This document shows positions 54,825 through 64,000 of a stretch of DNA of 64,000 bases, in pieces; position 1 is the stretch's first letter, and the number at the start of each line of letters is the position of its first letter. The DNA comes from an uncultured Bacteroidia bacterium (GTDB taxonomy: Bacteria; Bacteroidota; Bacteroidia; Bacteroidales; ML635J-15). Below the pieces are notes generated by a model. It was not told the origin of the DNA. It worked only from the letters and a program-made list of their open reading frames with translations, and ran no database searches. The DNA is taken from assembly GCA_902776565.1 (NCBI GenBank), contig CACYQN010000007.1, forward strand, positions 105 to 64,104. Reading direction: 5' to 3'. The position numbers and the translations under genes are program-made.

Positions 54825-57176
54825 ATGAAACGAAATATTTGCATTCTGATTATTGCCGTTGCTACAATCCTGGCATCGTGCAGCAAAAAATACGAGACGA
54901 AACCTTACAACGAAGGTATTAACATTATTCCCACGCCCAAGGAAATGTCGGTTGATACGACCAAGCATTTTGTCCTTGACAAGAAAACAAGCTTTGTTGT
55001 GAACTGCGATTCTGCAAAAAATATCGCTGAGTTTTTTGCAAAAAAGCTGAAATCCTCAACAGGATTCGATTTTACCATTGTGGATAATGGAGAAAAGAAT
55101 GCGATTATTCTCAACTTAGATGCTGCTTCTCCGATTGTACGCGAAGGCTACAAACTTTCGGTAACGGAAAATGGTATTTCGGCTACGGCTTCGTCGGCAG
55201 CGGGACTTTTCTATGCAATGCAGACAATGATGCAGCTTCTTCCTGCCGAAATAGAATCACCCGAAGTTGTGAAAGACATTGAGTGGCGTATGCCTTGCGT
55301 TGAAATTTCCGACGAACCGCGCTTCGCCTATCGTGGTGTGCATCTCGACCCGTCGAGACATTTTGTTGATGTTGAGTTCATTAAGAAGCAAATTGACATA
55401 TGGGCAATGTACAAGGTCAACACTATGCACTGGCATCTTACCGACGACCAGGGCTGGCGCATCGAAATCAAGAAATACCCCGAACTCACCAAGGCTGGTG
55501 CAACGCGCATCGAGGGCGAAGGTTTCGAATATAGCGGTTTCTACACTCAGGAGCAGGCTCGCGAGATTGTCGAGTATGCTGCCGAACGCTTCATAACAGT
55601 AATTCCCGAACTCGAAGTGCCAGGACACGAACTTGCCGCCATTTCGGCTTATCCATGGCTGTCGTGCAACAACGATACGGTAACACCGCGAATTGTTTGG
55701 GGAGTTGAGGATATTGTTATGTGTCCCGGAAAGGAATCGACTTTTGAATTTCTGCAAGGTGTAATTGATGAGCTAGTCGAGATTTTCCCGAGCGAATATT
55801 TCCATATCGGTGGCGACGAATGCCCTAAGGTTTTCTGGAAGAAATGTCCTCTGTGCCAGGCTCGAATTAAGGAAGAGCATCTTGACGAGAATCCCAAACA
55901 TTCACCCGAGGACTGCCTGCAAAGTTATGTTGTGAAGCGTGTTGAAGCTATGCTGGCAAAGCACGGACGCAAGATTATTGGCTGGGACGAAATCCTTGAC
56001 GGGGAAATAAATCCTTCTGCCACAGTGATATCGTGGCGTGGCGAAGAAGGCGGAATTGCAGCTGCTCAGAAAGGTCACGATGTAATAATGACGCCTTACA
56101 ACGGCGGAATGTATATCGACTACTATCAGGGCGACAGCAAGATAGAGCCTGTGACCATCGGTGGCGACTCGCGTATGGAAAAGACTTACGCCTATAATCC
56201 TATTCCCGACACTTTGGCAAAACTTGACTTGGGTAACCATATTCGCGGTGTGCAGTGCAACCTTTGGGCAGAATACCTATATAATGACACTTTGCGTGAA
56301 TATCGCTACTATCCGCGCGTGATGGCGCTTGCCGAAGTCGCTTGGTCGCCATTGGAAAAGAAAGATTATGCCGATTTCTGCCGTCGCCTAAACAATACCT
56401 ATGTTCGTCTTGATATGCATGATGCAACATACCATATCCCACTGCCAGAACAGCCAAACGGCTCGTGCAACTTCGTGGCTTTTGTCGATTCGGCAGTGCT
56501 CGAGTTCACGACTTCGCGTCCTGTGAAGATAGTATATTCTACCGATGGTTCCGACCTGACAGCAAACTCGACCGAATATGTTGCACCTATTATAATAAAG
56601 GATAACACCCTGCTGAAGATTGCTTCGGTATTACCATCGGGAAAGTTGAGCCGTGTGCGCGAGATTACCGTTGAGAAGCAGGAATATGCACCAGCAGTTG
56701 AGGTAGAAAATGTTGCCGAAGGACTGAAGATGCACAATGTTGCAGGAATGTTCCTCAATGTTGCCGAGTTGGAAAAGGCTACCGGCAAAGCCGAGAGGGA
56801 TACTGTGATTTCCAAGCTGGTTGATATCCGCAGTGTAGCAAATTTTGGAGAACCGCTCAATGGTTACGATAACTATGCGTCCATTGCCGAAGGCTACATA
56901 CAAATTGATGAGGATGGTGTGTACTATTTTTCCACCGACAATGAGGAATTCTGGATTGATGGTGTTAAGCTAATTGACAATTCGGGTGAGGTGAAGCGTT
57001 TCTCTCGCAACGACAAGTCGGTGGCTCTGGCAAAAGGTTTGCATCCAATAAAGATTGTGTATTTAGGTCACATCATCGGTGGCTGGCCATCAGTATGGAA
57101 CGATGGAAAGGTCGAAATGCGCAAATCGAACCAAGAAAAATTTGAAAAGATTGACGGAAGAATCTTTTTTAATTGA
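54825..57176 (+). CDS. GH20 beta-N-acetylhexosaminidase with extra C-terminal beta-sandwich domains
   Basis: A 783-aa ORF with a lipoprotein-like signal (LASC). The motifs are YRGVHLDPSRHF, HWHLTDDQGWR and HIGGDE. Confidence 0.9.
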   Translation: MKRNICILIIAVATILASCSKKYETKPYNEGINIIPTPKEMSVDTTKHFVLDKKTSFVVNCDSAKNIAEFFAKKLKSSTGFDFTIVDNGEKNAIILNLDAASPIVREGYKLSVTENGISATASSAAGLFYAMQTMMQLLPAEIESPEVVKDIEWRMPCVEISDEPRFAYRGVHLDPSRHFVDVEFIKKQIDIWAMYKVNTMHWHLTDDQGWRIEIKKYPELTKAGATRIEGEGFEYSGFYTQEQAREIVEYAAERFITVIPELEVPGHELAAISAYPWLSCNNDTVTPRIVWGVEDIVMCPGKESTFEFLQGVIDELVEIFPSEYFHIGGDECPKVFWKKCPLCQARIKEEHLDENPKHSPEDCLQSYVVKRVEAMLAKHGRKIIGWDEILDGEINPSATVISWRGEEGGIAAAQKGHDVIMTPYNGGMYIDYYQGDSKIEPVTIGGDSRMEKTYAYNPIPDTLAKLDLGNHIRGVQCNLWAEYLYNDTLREYRYYPRVMALAEVAWSPLEKKDYADFCRRLNNTYVRLDMHDATYHIPLPEQPNGSCNFVAFVDSAVLEFTTSRPVKIVYSTDGSDLTANSTEYVAPIIIKDNTLLKIASVLPSGKLSRVREITVEKQEYAPAVEVENVAEGLKMHNVAGMFLNVAELEKATGKAERDTVISKLVDIRSVANFGEPLNGYDNYASIAEGYIQIDEDGVYYFSTDNEEFWIDGVKLIDNSGEVKRFSRNDKSVALAKGLHPIKIVYLGHIIGGWPSVWNDGKVEMRKSNQEKFEKIDGRIFFN

Positions 57177-57195
57177 CAATGGACAATTGATAATT
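57175..57195. repeat. GAYAATK heptamer array, 3 units, overlapping the GH20 stop codon
   Basis: Read directly: GACAATG GACAATT GATAATT. Confidence 0.8.
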
Positions 57196-57197
57196 TT

Positions 57198-57227
57198 TAT
57201 AGGGACGCAATGCATTGTGTCCCTATA
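57198..57227 (+). terminator. 30-nt palindrome (15-bp arms with one G-T position), a possible bidirectional terminator
   Basis: The sequence is TATAGGGACGCAATG|CATTGTGTCCCTATA, followed by AAAA. Confidence 0.45.
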
Positions 57228-57266
57228 AAACGAACAATAAACAATTGGTATACAGTGGTTAATGTT

Positions 57267-57299
57267 ATGCGAAAATTTTCGCAACGAAAATTTTCGCAT
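57267..57299. repeat. Perfect 33-nt hairpin (15-bp stem, CAA loop), 7 nt downstream of the ATPase stop
   Basis: The sequence is ATGCGAAAATTTTCG CAA CGAAAATTTTCGCAT. It is the near-identical inverted partner of 58441-58473. Confidence 0.9.
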
Positions 57300-57305
57300 A
57301 ACAAA

Positions 57306-58373
57306 TTATTTAGTGTAATTGATTATCCAGCGTCTGAAAAACGGGTCCTCTATTTCGTAAGTTTCATCTTTTATTATGTATCCGCTACGCATAAGCCGTT
57401 TTATGGCACTGAACGAGGTACTTGTGGCAATCTGTCTGTTTGCAAGTGGATTCTCGCCAGAACATACCATCTGAAGTATGCGCATATCGGTTTTGTTGAA
57501 ATTTATCCAGATGCGTTCGTAATCGAAGTCGTGAAGGAGCAAAATTCTGTCTATTGCGTTTTCAACTAAATTTTCCGAGATTTTTTCACGATATGCCAAG
57601 TCCCATACTTGAAATGCAAGTTGCTGAGTATAATATGGATGGCATTTTGTGATTTGAATAATTTCAGAAATTATCTCCTTGCATTTTTTTGTAATTGGCG
57701 AAAGCCTTTTTTCAAGGTATTCCTCAAAGTCAACCTGAGGGATTTTTCCTAATCGCATTAGCTGACCAAAATGATAGAATGGAGATTTTTTCCTTTCGAA
57801 AATCTGTTCCATCATCGATTCCTGACTGCCAAGAAATATGTAGTTTATGTTTTTTTGCAATTGCATTATTGCTCGCATCTTCTTGTCCAAGCCCTTGCCA
57901 ATGCTTGCTATTTCTTGAAATTCATCAAGTATCACAATCAGTCGCTTGTTTTTTGTGCTTACCTTTTCCAATAGTGATATTGCGTCTTCGAACATAACCG
58001 TGCTGTTTGCGCTTGGGTTGAACGAGACTTCGATGTTCCCAGTCTGAATGTCGGAAGTTATTGTCGGGACGATGTGGAAGTTGGCTATCAAGTGCTTCAG
58101 TTTCTCCTTAGGGTAAAGTTTGAAAACCGCTTTTAGGATTTTTACAGCAAAATCATCGGTGTCGGTTATGCTTTGCAGGTTAAGCATTATGTATGGACGC
58201 GAAATCTGCTTCACGCATTTGAGAACAAGGCTACTCTTCCCGTAACGACGCGGACTTATGAGAATCAGATGATTCTCGCTGTTCATTATGCCCTTTATGT
58301 ACGACAGTTCATTAATTCTGTCGGTAAAAAAGTCGTCATCGACCACGCTTCCGAATTTGAATGGATTATTCAT
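57306..58373 (-). CDS. AAA-type ATPase (archaeal-ATPase / DUF234-like family) with a C-terminal winged-helix-like region
   Basis: A 355-aa ORF with Walker A (ISPRRYGKSS) and Walker B (LIVILDEFQE). Confidence 0.7.
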   Translation of the reverse strand: MNNPFKFGSVVDDDFFTDRINELSYIKGIMNSENHLILISPRRYGKSSLVLKCVKQISRPYIMLNLQSITDTDDFAVKILKAVFKLYPKEKLKHLIANFHIVPTITSDIQTGNIEVSFNPSANSTVMFEDAISLLEKVSTKNKRLIVILDEFQEIASIGKGLDKKMRAIMQLQKNINYIFLGSQESMMEQIFERKKSPFYHFGQLMRLGKIPQVDFEEYLEKRLSPITKKCKEIISEIIQITKCHPYYTQQLAFQVWDLAYREKISENLVENAIDRILLLHDFDYERIWINFNKTDMRILQMVCSGENPLANRQIATSTSFSAIKRLMRSGYIIKDETYEIEDPFFRRWIINYTK

Positions 58374-58440
58374 ATTTACGATTTTTTTCGTTGCGAAATT
58401 TTTCGCAAATATAATACTTTATTTTTCAACATAAAATATA

Positions 58441-58473
58441 TTGCGAAAAATTTCGTTGCGAAATTTTTCGCAA
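58441..58473. repeat. Perfect 33-nt hairpin (15-bp stem, TTG loop) upstream of the ATPase gene
   Basis: The sequence is TTGCGAAAAATTTCG TTG CGAAATTTTTCGCAA. A degenerate extra copy lies at 58382-58408. A related palindrome, CGCAAAATTTTGCG, lies at 58521-58534. Confidence 0.9.
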
Positions 58474-58596
58474 GTAAAATTAAAACATCATAAACATATT
58501 TCAAACGAATAATGTACAGACGCAAAATTTTGCGGCTCAATAAAACGATTTAAAACCATTTCAAACAATTTGAAACAATCATAAACAACCTAAACC

Positions 58597-59064
58597 CTAC
58601 AAAAATATCTTCCCAAATACTTCCAGCAACTGTGCGTATATCTTCGAATCTGCAAAAAATGTCTGTTCTGTAAGACTGAAATTTTGGATTATCCGCTCAA
58701 TGAGATAGCAAACCCCAGCAACAATCAGAGCGCCCTTTATCCCACCGAAAGCAAATCCGGCTAACTTGTTGAGCCATTGTATGCTTATAGCATCGGCGAA
58801 TTTATCCAGCAGTTTCGACAATAGGATAACTAAAATTATTACCCCGAGGAAAAGTATTGTAAAGCTGATTATTTCTATGTACTTGGGGTCGAACCAGCCC
58901 TTTTCGAGGATGAAATTGGTAAGCCATCCCGAAAAGTTCACAGCAACGAACAAACCAACAAGTACAGCCGCGATTCCAGCAACCTCCTTTATAAGACCGC
59001 ATATCAGTCCTTTAATGGCGAAGAATACTATTACGATTACAATAATTATGTCGGCAGCACTCAT
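58597..59064 (-). CDS. cvpA: CvpA family membrane protein
   Basis: A 155-aa ORF with 4 TM segments and a CvpA-like N-terminus (IIIVIVIVFFAIKGLICGLIKE). Confidence 0.7.
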   Translation of the reverse strand: MSAADIIIVIVIVFFAIKGLICGLIKEVAGIAAVLVGLFVAVNFSGWLTNFILEKGWFDPKYIEIISFTILFLGVIILVILLSKLLDKFADAISIQWLNKLAGFAFGGIKGALIVAGVCYLIERIIQNFSLTEQTFFADSKIYAQLLEVFGKIFL

Positions 59065-59166
59065 GATGATAATTTTTTCGGCAAGTTACACATTTACTCC
59101 ATCTTAAAATCTACACAATATTTTATTTCTCAACAAGATGCATTTAATAAGAAACAATCATTTATC

Positions 59167-60351
59167 CTAAATCTTCAGCCCCTTCAAGTATTCCTTCTGT
59201 TCGTCTGTAATCCTATAGCTTTCGATGGCTTTCTGTATGGTCTTGTTGTGAGTCCACGAAGCGAGACGCTTCTGCTCGATGATTGGCAATGTGGCATCGT
59301 ATTGTTTGGCAAGTGCGGTGGCGAAATACCATGCAACCATCATTTTCACATAGTATTCGTCGTTTGTGATGCTTGCAACCCATTCAAGGTATTCGGAACG
59401 GAAATCGTCGTCGAGGAAATGTGTCATAAGCATTTCGATGCCGAAACGAATGGTGTAGGTCTTGCTGGACTTCATCCAGCGACGAATGTCCTTTATGAGC
59501 TTGTCGTGATTTTTGCTGAACAACTTCGGCCTGATAAGGTCACAGGTCGCCCAGTTGTCGATGTACGGAAGGAGACGGTCGATTTCTGCTATTGTACGGT
59601 CATAGTCCTTCATTTCGGCGATGATGAATCCGTGCAGGTTGTTCTCGTCATAGTACTTATGCGGTAGGCTCGACAAAAAATCATCTATTTCGGCATCCTT
59701 GGCAAAGTCCTTGGCTGTTTTGCGCAGCTGCGGTGTGCGGATGCCAATTATCCTCTCAAAGTCGATTCCTGGCATAAGTTTGGAGTGAAAATCACGATAC
59801 ACCAAGTCCTGTTGCGCAAAAAGACTTTCGCGAATACGGACAATTACGGGCTTGTACTTTTTTGCGTAGGCAAAAAGTTCAATCGGCAGATGGCAATAGC
59901 CTGTCGGGTTCTTGTCAAGGTAATCCTGATGGTATTCGTCGGCAAAATAAAAGTTCTTCAATTGTGAGACTTCTACTTGTAAAGGCGCATCGTATTTCTT
60001 TGCTTCCATTGCCATAACTTCTTGTATTACTGGCAAGTCCGACTTGTCTGTGTAGTATATTCCAGTGCGATAGCGTGTGCCGTAGTCTTCGCCTTGGCGG
60101 TTCAGGCTTGTCGGGTCGATTGCCTTGAAGTAAAGGCGCAGGATTGTTCGCAGTGGAATTGTGTATGAATCGTATTCCACTAACACAGTCTCTGCATAGC
60201 CGGTTAGGTCTGTATAAACCTGTTCGTATGTTGGATTTTCGGTATTTCCGTTTGCGAATCCAACCTGTGTGAATGTTATGCCTTCTATTTGTTTGAGGTA
60301 ATGTTCTGCGCCCCAAAAACAACCTGCGGCAAGATATATTTTCTTTTTCAT
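59167..60351 (-). CDS. msrA: Fusion protein: peptide-methionine (S)-S-oxide reductase MsrA (N-terminal part) plus a DNA alkylation repair (AlkD-like HEAT-repeat) domain (C-terminal part)
   Basis: A 394-aa ORF. The MsrA active site is AAGCFWGAEHY and the MsrA core runs to about aa 165. The remainder (RTPQLRKTAKDF...WATCDLI...YVKMMVAWYFATAL) matches the DNA_alkylation family, from memory. Confidence 0.75.
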   Translation of the reverse strand: MKKKIYLAAGCFWGAEHYLKQIEGITFTQVGFANGNTENPTYEQVYTDLTGYAETVLVEYDSYTIPLRTILRLYFKAIDPTSLNRQGEDYGTRYRTGIYYTDKSDLPVIQEVMAMEAKKYDAPLQVEVSQLKNFYFADEYHQDYLDKNPTGYCHLPIELFAYAKKYKPVIVRIRESLFAQQDLVYRDFHSKLMPGIDFERIIGIRTPQLRKTAKDFAKDAEIDDFLSSLPHKYYDENNLHGFIIAEMKDYDRTIAEIDRLLPYIDNWATCDLIRPKLFSKNHDKLIKDIRRWMKSSKTYTIRFGIEMLMTHFLDDDFRSEYLEWVASITNDEYYVKMMVAWYFATALAKQYDATLPIIEQKRLASWTHNKTIQKAIESYRITDEQKEYLKGLKI

Positions 60352-60353
60352 GT

Positions 60354-60986
60354 CTATTGTTTTAATGTTCCGTTATCGTTGAAAAGTTCGCAAATGTCTG
60401 TAGGTTTTTGTAGCCAGATTGTGTATAGTCCGACCTCCTTTGCACCTAGGCAGTGCTTTTCGCAGTCGTCGATGAAAAGTGTTTCGGCGGCGTTGAGGTT
60501 GTGCTTTGCAAGAATATGCTGGAATATTTTCGGACTGGGCTTGCGTTCTCCAATTTTGTAGGAGAAGAAAATCTCGTCGAAACCTTGGTCGACAAAGTCG
60601 AATCCTGCTTCGCTATTAAGGTATTGGGTAAAATATTCTGCATTTACCACGTCGCTGTTGCTGAGGACGAATGTGCGGTAATGTTTGTGAACTTTTGGAA
60701 AAAGCAGTTGATGTTCGCACTTGAAATCGACAATCAGCGTGTTCCATGCATCGCAGATTTGTTCGTTGGAAATGTCGGTTTGGAGGATTGTGCGAAGTTC
60801 GTTGCAAAACACGGCGGTTGTTATTTCATTTGCCTCGAAACGTTTGGTAAGTCCTCTGTCGTAGAGTGTTCGATATGGATGTTCATCCGTTATGCCAAAT
60901 TCATGCAGACGTTTATCGATAAGGTTGATGTCGATTGTTATTATCGGTCCGCAGAGGTCGAAGATTATGTTTTTGATGTTGGGCAT
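60354..60986 (-). CDS. HAD superfamily hydrolase
   Basis: A 210-aa ORF with motif I (IIFDLCGPI), VLSNS and FIDD. Confidence 0.65.
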   Translation of the reverse strand: MPNIKNIIFDLCGPIITIDINLIDKRLHEFGITDEHPYRTLYDRGLTKRFEANEITTAVFCNELRTILQTDISNEQICDAWNTLIVDFKCEHQLLFPKVHKHYRTFVLSNSDVVNAEYFTQYLNSEAGFDFVDQGFDEIFFSYKIGERKPSPKIFQHILAKHNLNAAETLFIDDCEKHCLGAKEVGLYTIWLQKPTDICELFNDNGTLKQ

Positions 60987-61139
60987 TGTGGGTCTTTTAT
61001 GATATGGTAAATACTATACTTTTTGTATTATGCAGAATAGATAGTGAAATTTCTTTGCGTTTAAAATATAATGTACTTACAATCATTAATTTACACTAGC
61101 CGTGTAATGGTTTTGTTAGCAAAAAAAACACAAAAATGG

Positions 61140-62399
61140 TTACCTTTTTACTTTCATTTCCTTTACTTTTGCATATTCTCCATCATCCAACAAGGTGATT
61201 TCATATTTGTGTTTGCCATCCTTCGACTGTGTGTAGCGGATATTGCCTTTGGCATAAGGGTAGAGCGGACGGGTGCCGTAAATTGCATAGCCATTCTTTT
61301 TCAACCATTCGCCGATTTCCTTCATGCGTTGAATTGCTGTTTCTGGCAGTTTACCATCAGCATCAGGACCGATATTGAGCAGATAGTTTCCGCCTTTGGC
61401 GACAATGTCTATAAGGGTGTGTATTAGTTTGCGGGTACTCTTGTAATTGTCGTTCTCAACATACGACCAGCTGTCGCCCATGCTCATGCAAGTTTCCCAC
61501 GGGTAAGACAAGAGGCTGTCCGGAACCTGCTGTTCGGGAGTGCGGTAGTTTTCGTATTTACCACCAACGCTACGGTCAACAATTATAAGGTTGGGATTGT
61601 CCTTGCGAGCCATAGCGGCAATGCGTGGCATGTCGATGTCCTGTATGCGTTGATAGCATCCGAGCCATTCGCGGGTTTCATCGTTCAAGCTCCATTCGGG
61701 ACGCACCCAGCCACCATCGAGCCAGAGAATGTCAATGTCTCCGTAGTTGTGCGTGAGTTCATATATCTGGTTGTATGTAAACTGCTTGAAGTTCTCCCAG
61801 CGTTGTGGATGCGAGGCTATGTCGTAGTTGACATTGCGGTCGGGAGTTGCCCACTCGTGCGCCCAGTAGTCGTCGTTGTGCCAGTCGGGTTTTGAGAAAT
61901 AAAGACCTATCCACATTCCTTCGGAACGGAACGCATCAACGATATCCTTTGTAATGTCTGGTTGGGATGCTGTATGATACGGACAGTCGGTTCCAGCAAC
62001 GCTGTAGTCGGTCTGCTTGCTGTCGAACATACAGAAACCATCGTGGTGCTTTGTAGTGAAAACCATGTATTTCATCCCTGCCTCCTTGGCAGCCTTTGCC
62101 CATTGCGTGGCATCGAAATGCTTGGGATTGAAAGTCTTGTTCAAGGCTTGGTATTCCTTCTTGTATTCGTAGTAGTCGGCGCCGTTGCGGTTTATCCACG
62201 GCTCGTTGCAGATGCTCCACGATTCCACCACACCCCACTGCGAGTACATACCCCAGTGCGCCATAAAGCCGAATTTCAAGTCTTGCCACTGCTCGATGCG
62301 GTTGAGAATTACAGTGTCGGTTTCGGGTTTGCTGTCGCTCTGAGCTTTCGCTGAAAAAAATGCCAATATTATACTGAGTAGAATAAATGTCCTTTTCAT
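61140..62399 (-). CDS. GH29 alpha-L-fucosidase
   Basis: A 419-aa ORF with a signal peptide. The motifs are KYMVFTTKHHDGFCMFDS and ILWLDGGW. Confidence 0.85.
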   Translation of the reverse strand: MKRTFILLSIILAFFSAKAQSDSKPETDTVILNRIEQWQDLKFGFMAHWGMYSQWGVVESWSICNEPWINRNGADYYEYKKEYQALNKTFNPKHFDATQWAKAAKEAGMKYMVFTTKHHDGFCMFDSKQTDYSVAGTDCPYHTASQPDITKDIVDAFRSEGMWIGLYFSKPDWHNDDYWAHEWATPDRNVNYDIASHPQRWENFKQFTYNQIYELTHNYGDIDILWLDGGWVRPEWSLNDETREWLGCYQRIQDIDMPRIAAMARKDNPNLIIVDRSVGGKYENYRTPEQQVPDSLLSYPWETCMSMGDSWSYVENDNYKSTRKLIHTLIDIVAKGGNYLLNIGPDADGKLPETAIQRMKEIGEWLKKNGYAIYGTRPLYPYAKGNIRYTQSKDGKHKYEITLLDDGEYAKVKEMKVKR

Positions 62400-64000
62400 T
62401 GTACTAAATATTTAAATTTGAAATTGTCCAGATTCTTATCGTCGCTACTAAAACCAACCTGCAGAATGAATTTGTCACCATGCTTTGGTTCTTCCATTTC
62501 GCCAGTGGTTTCGTTGAATTGGCGCAGCCAGAATTTGTCGATCTTTATGTCGAATGTGCTTGTACCTCCAACTGGAACTTCTATTTTCTGCATCCCGACA
62601 AGCGATTTTTGCAAACCGCTTTTGTCGTTTGGATTCTTCAAATAGACTTGTATTACAGTTTTCCCCGACTTGCATTTAGCTTTGCTACCAATGTTGCTGA
62701 CGGTTCCCTTGACACGCATTTCGCGATAGTCAACACTTATTTTCTCAATCTTGAAGTCAGAATACGAAAGTCCGTAGCCGAACGGAAACAGCGGTTTTTG
62801 CTTCATATATCTATAGGTGCGACCTTGCATGTCGTAGTCGTCGAAGTCGGGAAGTTGTGAGGTTGATTTGTAGAAAGTCACAGGCAGACGGCCAAAATTG
62901 TCGCTCTCGCCAGCCAATGCCGAAGCAACAGCTTTTCCCATATCCTCGCCACCATACCAGCATACCATTATGGCATTTGTCTCGTTGATGATATTTTCGA
63001 GAGCAATAGCACTGCCAGTACACAACAGCAATACCAATGGTTTGCCAAGTTTTTTCAGTTGCCTTATTTCTTCAACTTGATTTTCGGGAAGTTCTATCCT
63101 AGTGCGGTCACCCTTGTGGAAACCAGGAATGTCGATTGGAAGTTCCTCGCCTTCGAGCTGCGGGTTAAGCCCACCTGCATACACGATTATGTCGGCATCG
63201 GTGGCTGTTTCTGCAATTGCAAAGCGTTGACTCAGTCCTTCCTCTATGGTTGAAGTGTGAAGCGGAGTGCCGTTGTAGTTGCCCAACGGCATAAGAGTGT
63301 CGCTTGCATTAGGACCTACGAGGAAAATCCGTTTTCCGTCAATTGGTAAAATACCATCATTTTTTAGCAAAACGAATGTTTCTTCTGCTGCATCGTGGGG
63401 TGTAATTTGTGGTAAATAATTGAAATCTGGATTTGATTCTGTGAGTTCCATTCGCAACGACAAAACTCTCCGCAAATGTTCGTCAATCTTGCTTTCGGGA
63501 ATATATCCCGAATCGACGGCAGTTTTCAATGCTTGCAGTCCGCTTCCGCATTCGAGGTCAACTTCGCTGCCGAAAGCATCGGAGGCTGCAAGAGCTGCCG
63601 TAGCGTGTGTCTTGTGGCGAAGAATCACGGTGTCGCGTTCCCAGCAATCGTTCAGCGCCCAGCAATCGGTGACGATAATGCCGTCGTATTTCCACTTGTT
63701 GCGCAGAATGTCAACAAGCAATTCGCGGTTGGTACAGCAAGGAGTTCCGTTCAGGCGGTTGTAGCCGCACATTACTTGCTTTACATCACTAAAGCCGATA
63801 ATGTATTCAAATGCAGGTAGATAGGTCGTCCATAGGTCACGTTGCGAAACATTTGCATCGAATTGGTGACGAGTGCCTTCGGGACCACTATGTACAGCGA
63901 AGTGCTTAAGACAGGCTGCTGCAGTAATCGACCCGTCAATACTGCCATGCTGAAGTCCATATACACAGGCAAGCCCCATCGTAGCCGTTAGGAACGGGTC
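62396..64000 (-). CDS. GH3 beta-glycosidase; the 5' end lies outside the window
   Basis: The frame stays open to the window edge. The motifs are KHFAVHSGPE, VMCGYNRLNG and GIIVTDCWAL. The stop overlaps the GH29 start by 4 nt. Confidence 0.85.
   Translation of the reverse strand, partial: DPFLTATMGLACVYGLQHGSIDGSITAAACLKHFAVHSGPEGTRHQFDANVSQRDLWTTYLPAFEYIIGFSDVKQVMCGYNRLNGTPCCTNRELLVDILRNKWKYDGIIVTDCWALNDCWERDTVILRHKTHATAALAASDAFGSEVDLECGSGLQALKTAVDSGYIPESKIDEHLRRVLSLRMELTESNPDFNYLPQITPHDAAEETFVLLKNDGILPIDGKRIFLVGPNASDTLMPLGNYNGTPLHTSTIEEGLSQRFAIAETATDADIIVYAGGLNPQLEGEELPIDIPGFHKGDRTRIELPENQVEEIRQLKKLGKPLVLLLCTGSAIALENIINETNAIMVCWYGGEDMGKAVASALAGESDNFGRLPVTFYKSTSQLPDFDDYDMQGRTYRYMKQKPLFPFGYGLSYSDFKIEKISVDYREMRVKGTVSNIGSKAKCKSGKTVIQVYLKNPNDKSGLQKSLVGMQKIEVPVGGTSTFDIKIDKFWLRQFNETTGEMEEPKHGDKFILQVGFSSDDKNLDNFKFKYLVQ

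Overview
This window looks like a chromosomal segment of a Bacteroidota genome. Supporting signs are TAnnTTTG -7 promoter boxes 20-30 nt upstream of many start codons, gldH, T9SS type-B C-terminal sorting domains, a FISUMP domain and GH20/GH29/GH3 glycosidases. I support about 50 protein genes. Housekeeping genes include recO, trpS, rnpA, hemD, pyrC, kdsC, atpDC, holB and msrA. One ncRNA, the SRP (4.5S) RNA, is invisible to the ORF track. I recognised no tRNA, rRNA or CRISPR array by eye. Accessory or unusual content: (1) a giant glycine-rich surface-protein gene (1-5104, minus) is absent from the ORF track because its stop lies off-window; (2) two tandem paralogous ~1500-aa PKD-repeat T9SS cargo genes; (3) an AT-rich type II restriction-modification island; (4) an exported MORN-caspase plus papain-like/DUF4384 protease gene pair; (5) a RayT-type Y1 transposase with GTAG-palindrome (REP-like) elements, one of them inside its own CDS; (6) an AAA ATPase gene bracketed by two perfect 33-bp hairpins; (7) an atpD gene interrupted by a roughly 46-nt deletion and frameshift. 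The most unusual signal is non-coding. Intergenic spacers are full of short-period tandem repeats: GAYAATK heptamer arrays at three loci, and an ~0.84-kb repeat-only spacer at the 5' end of the giant gene, which lacks a canonical start codon. There is also a ~155-185-nt structured element in two copies (upstream of trpS and of a PKD gene) whose 12-nt hairpin loop is exactly inverted between the copies. All calls come from reading the sequence and from remembered family motifs. No database search, HMM or folding program was run, and G+C statements are by-eye estimates.
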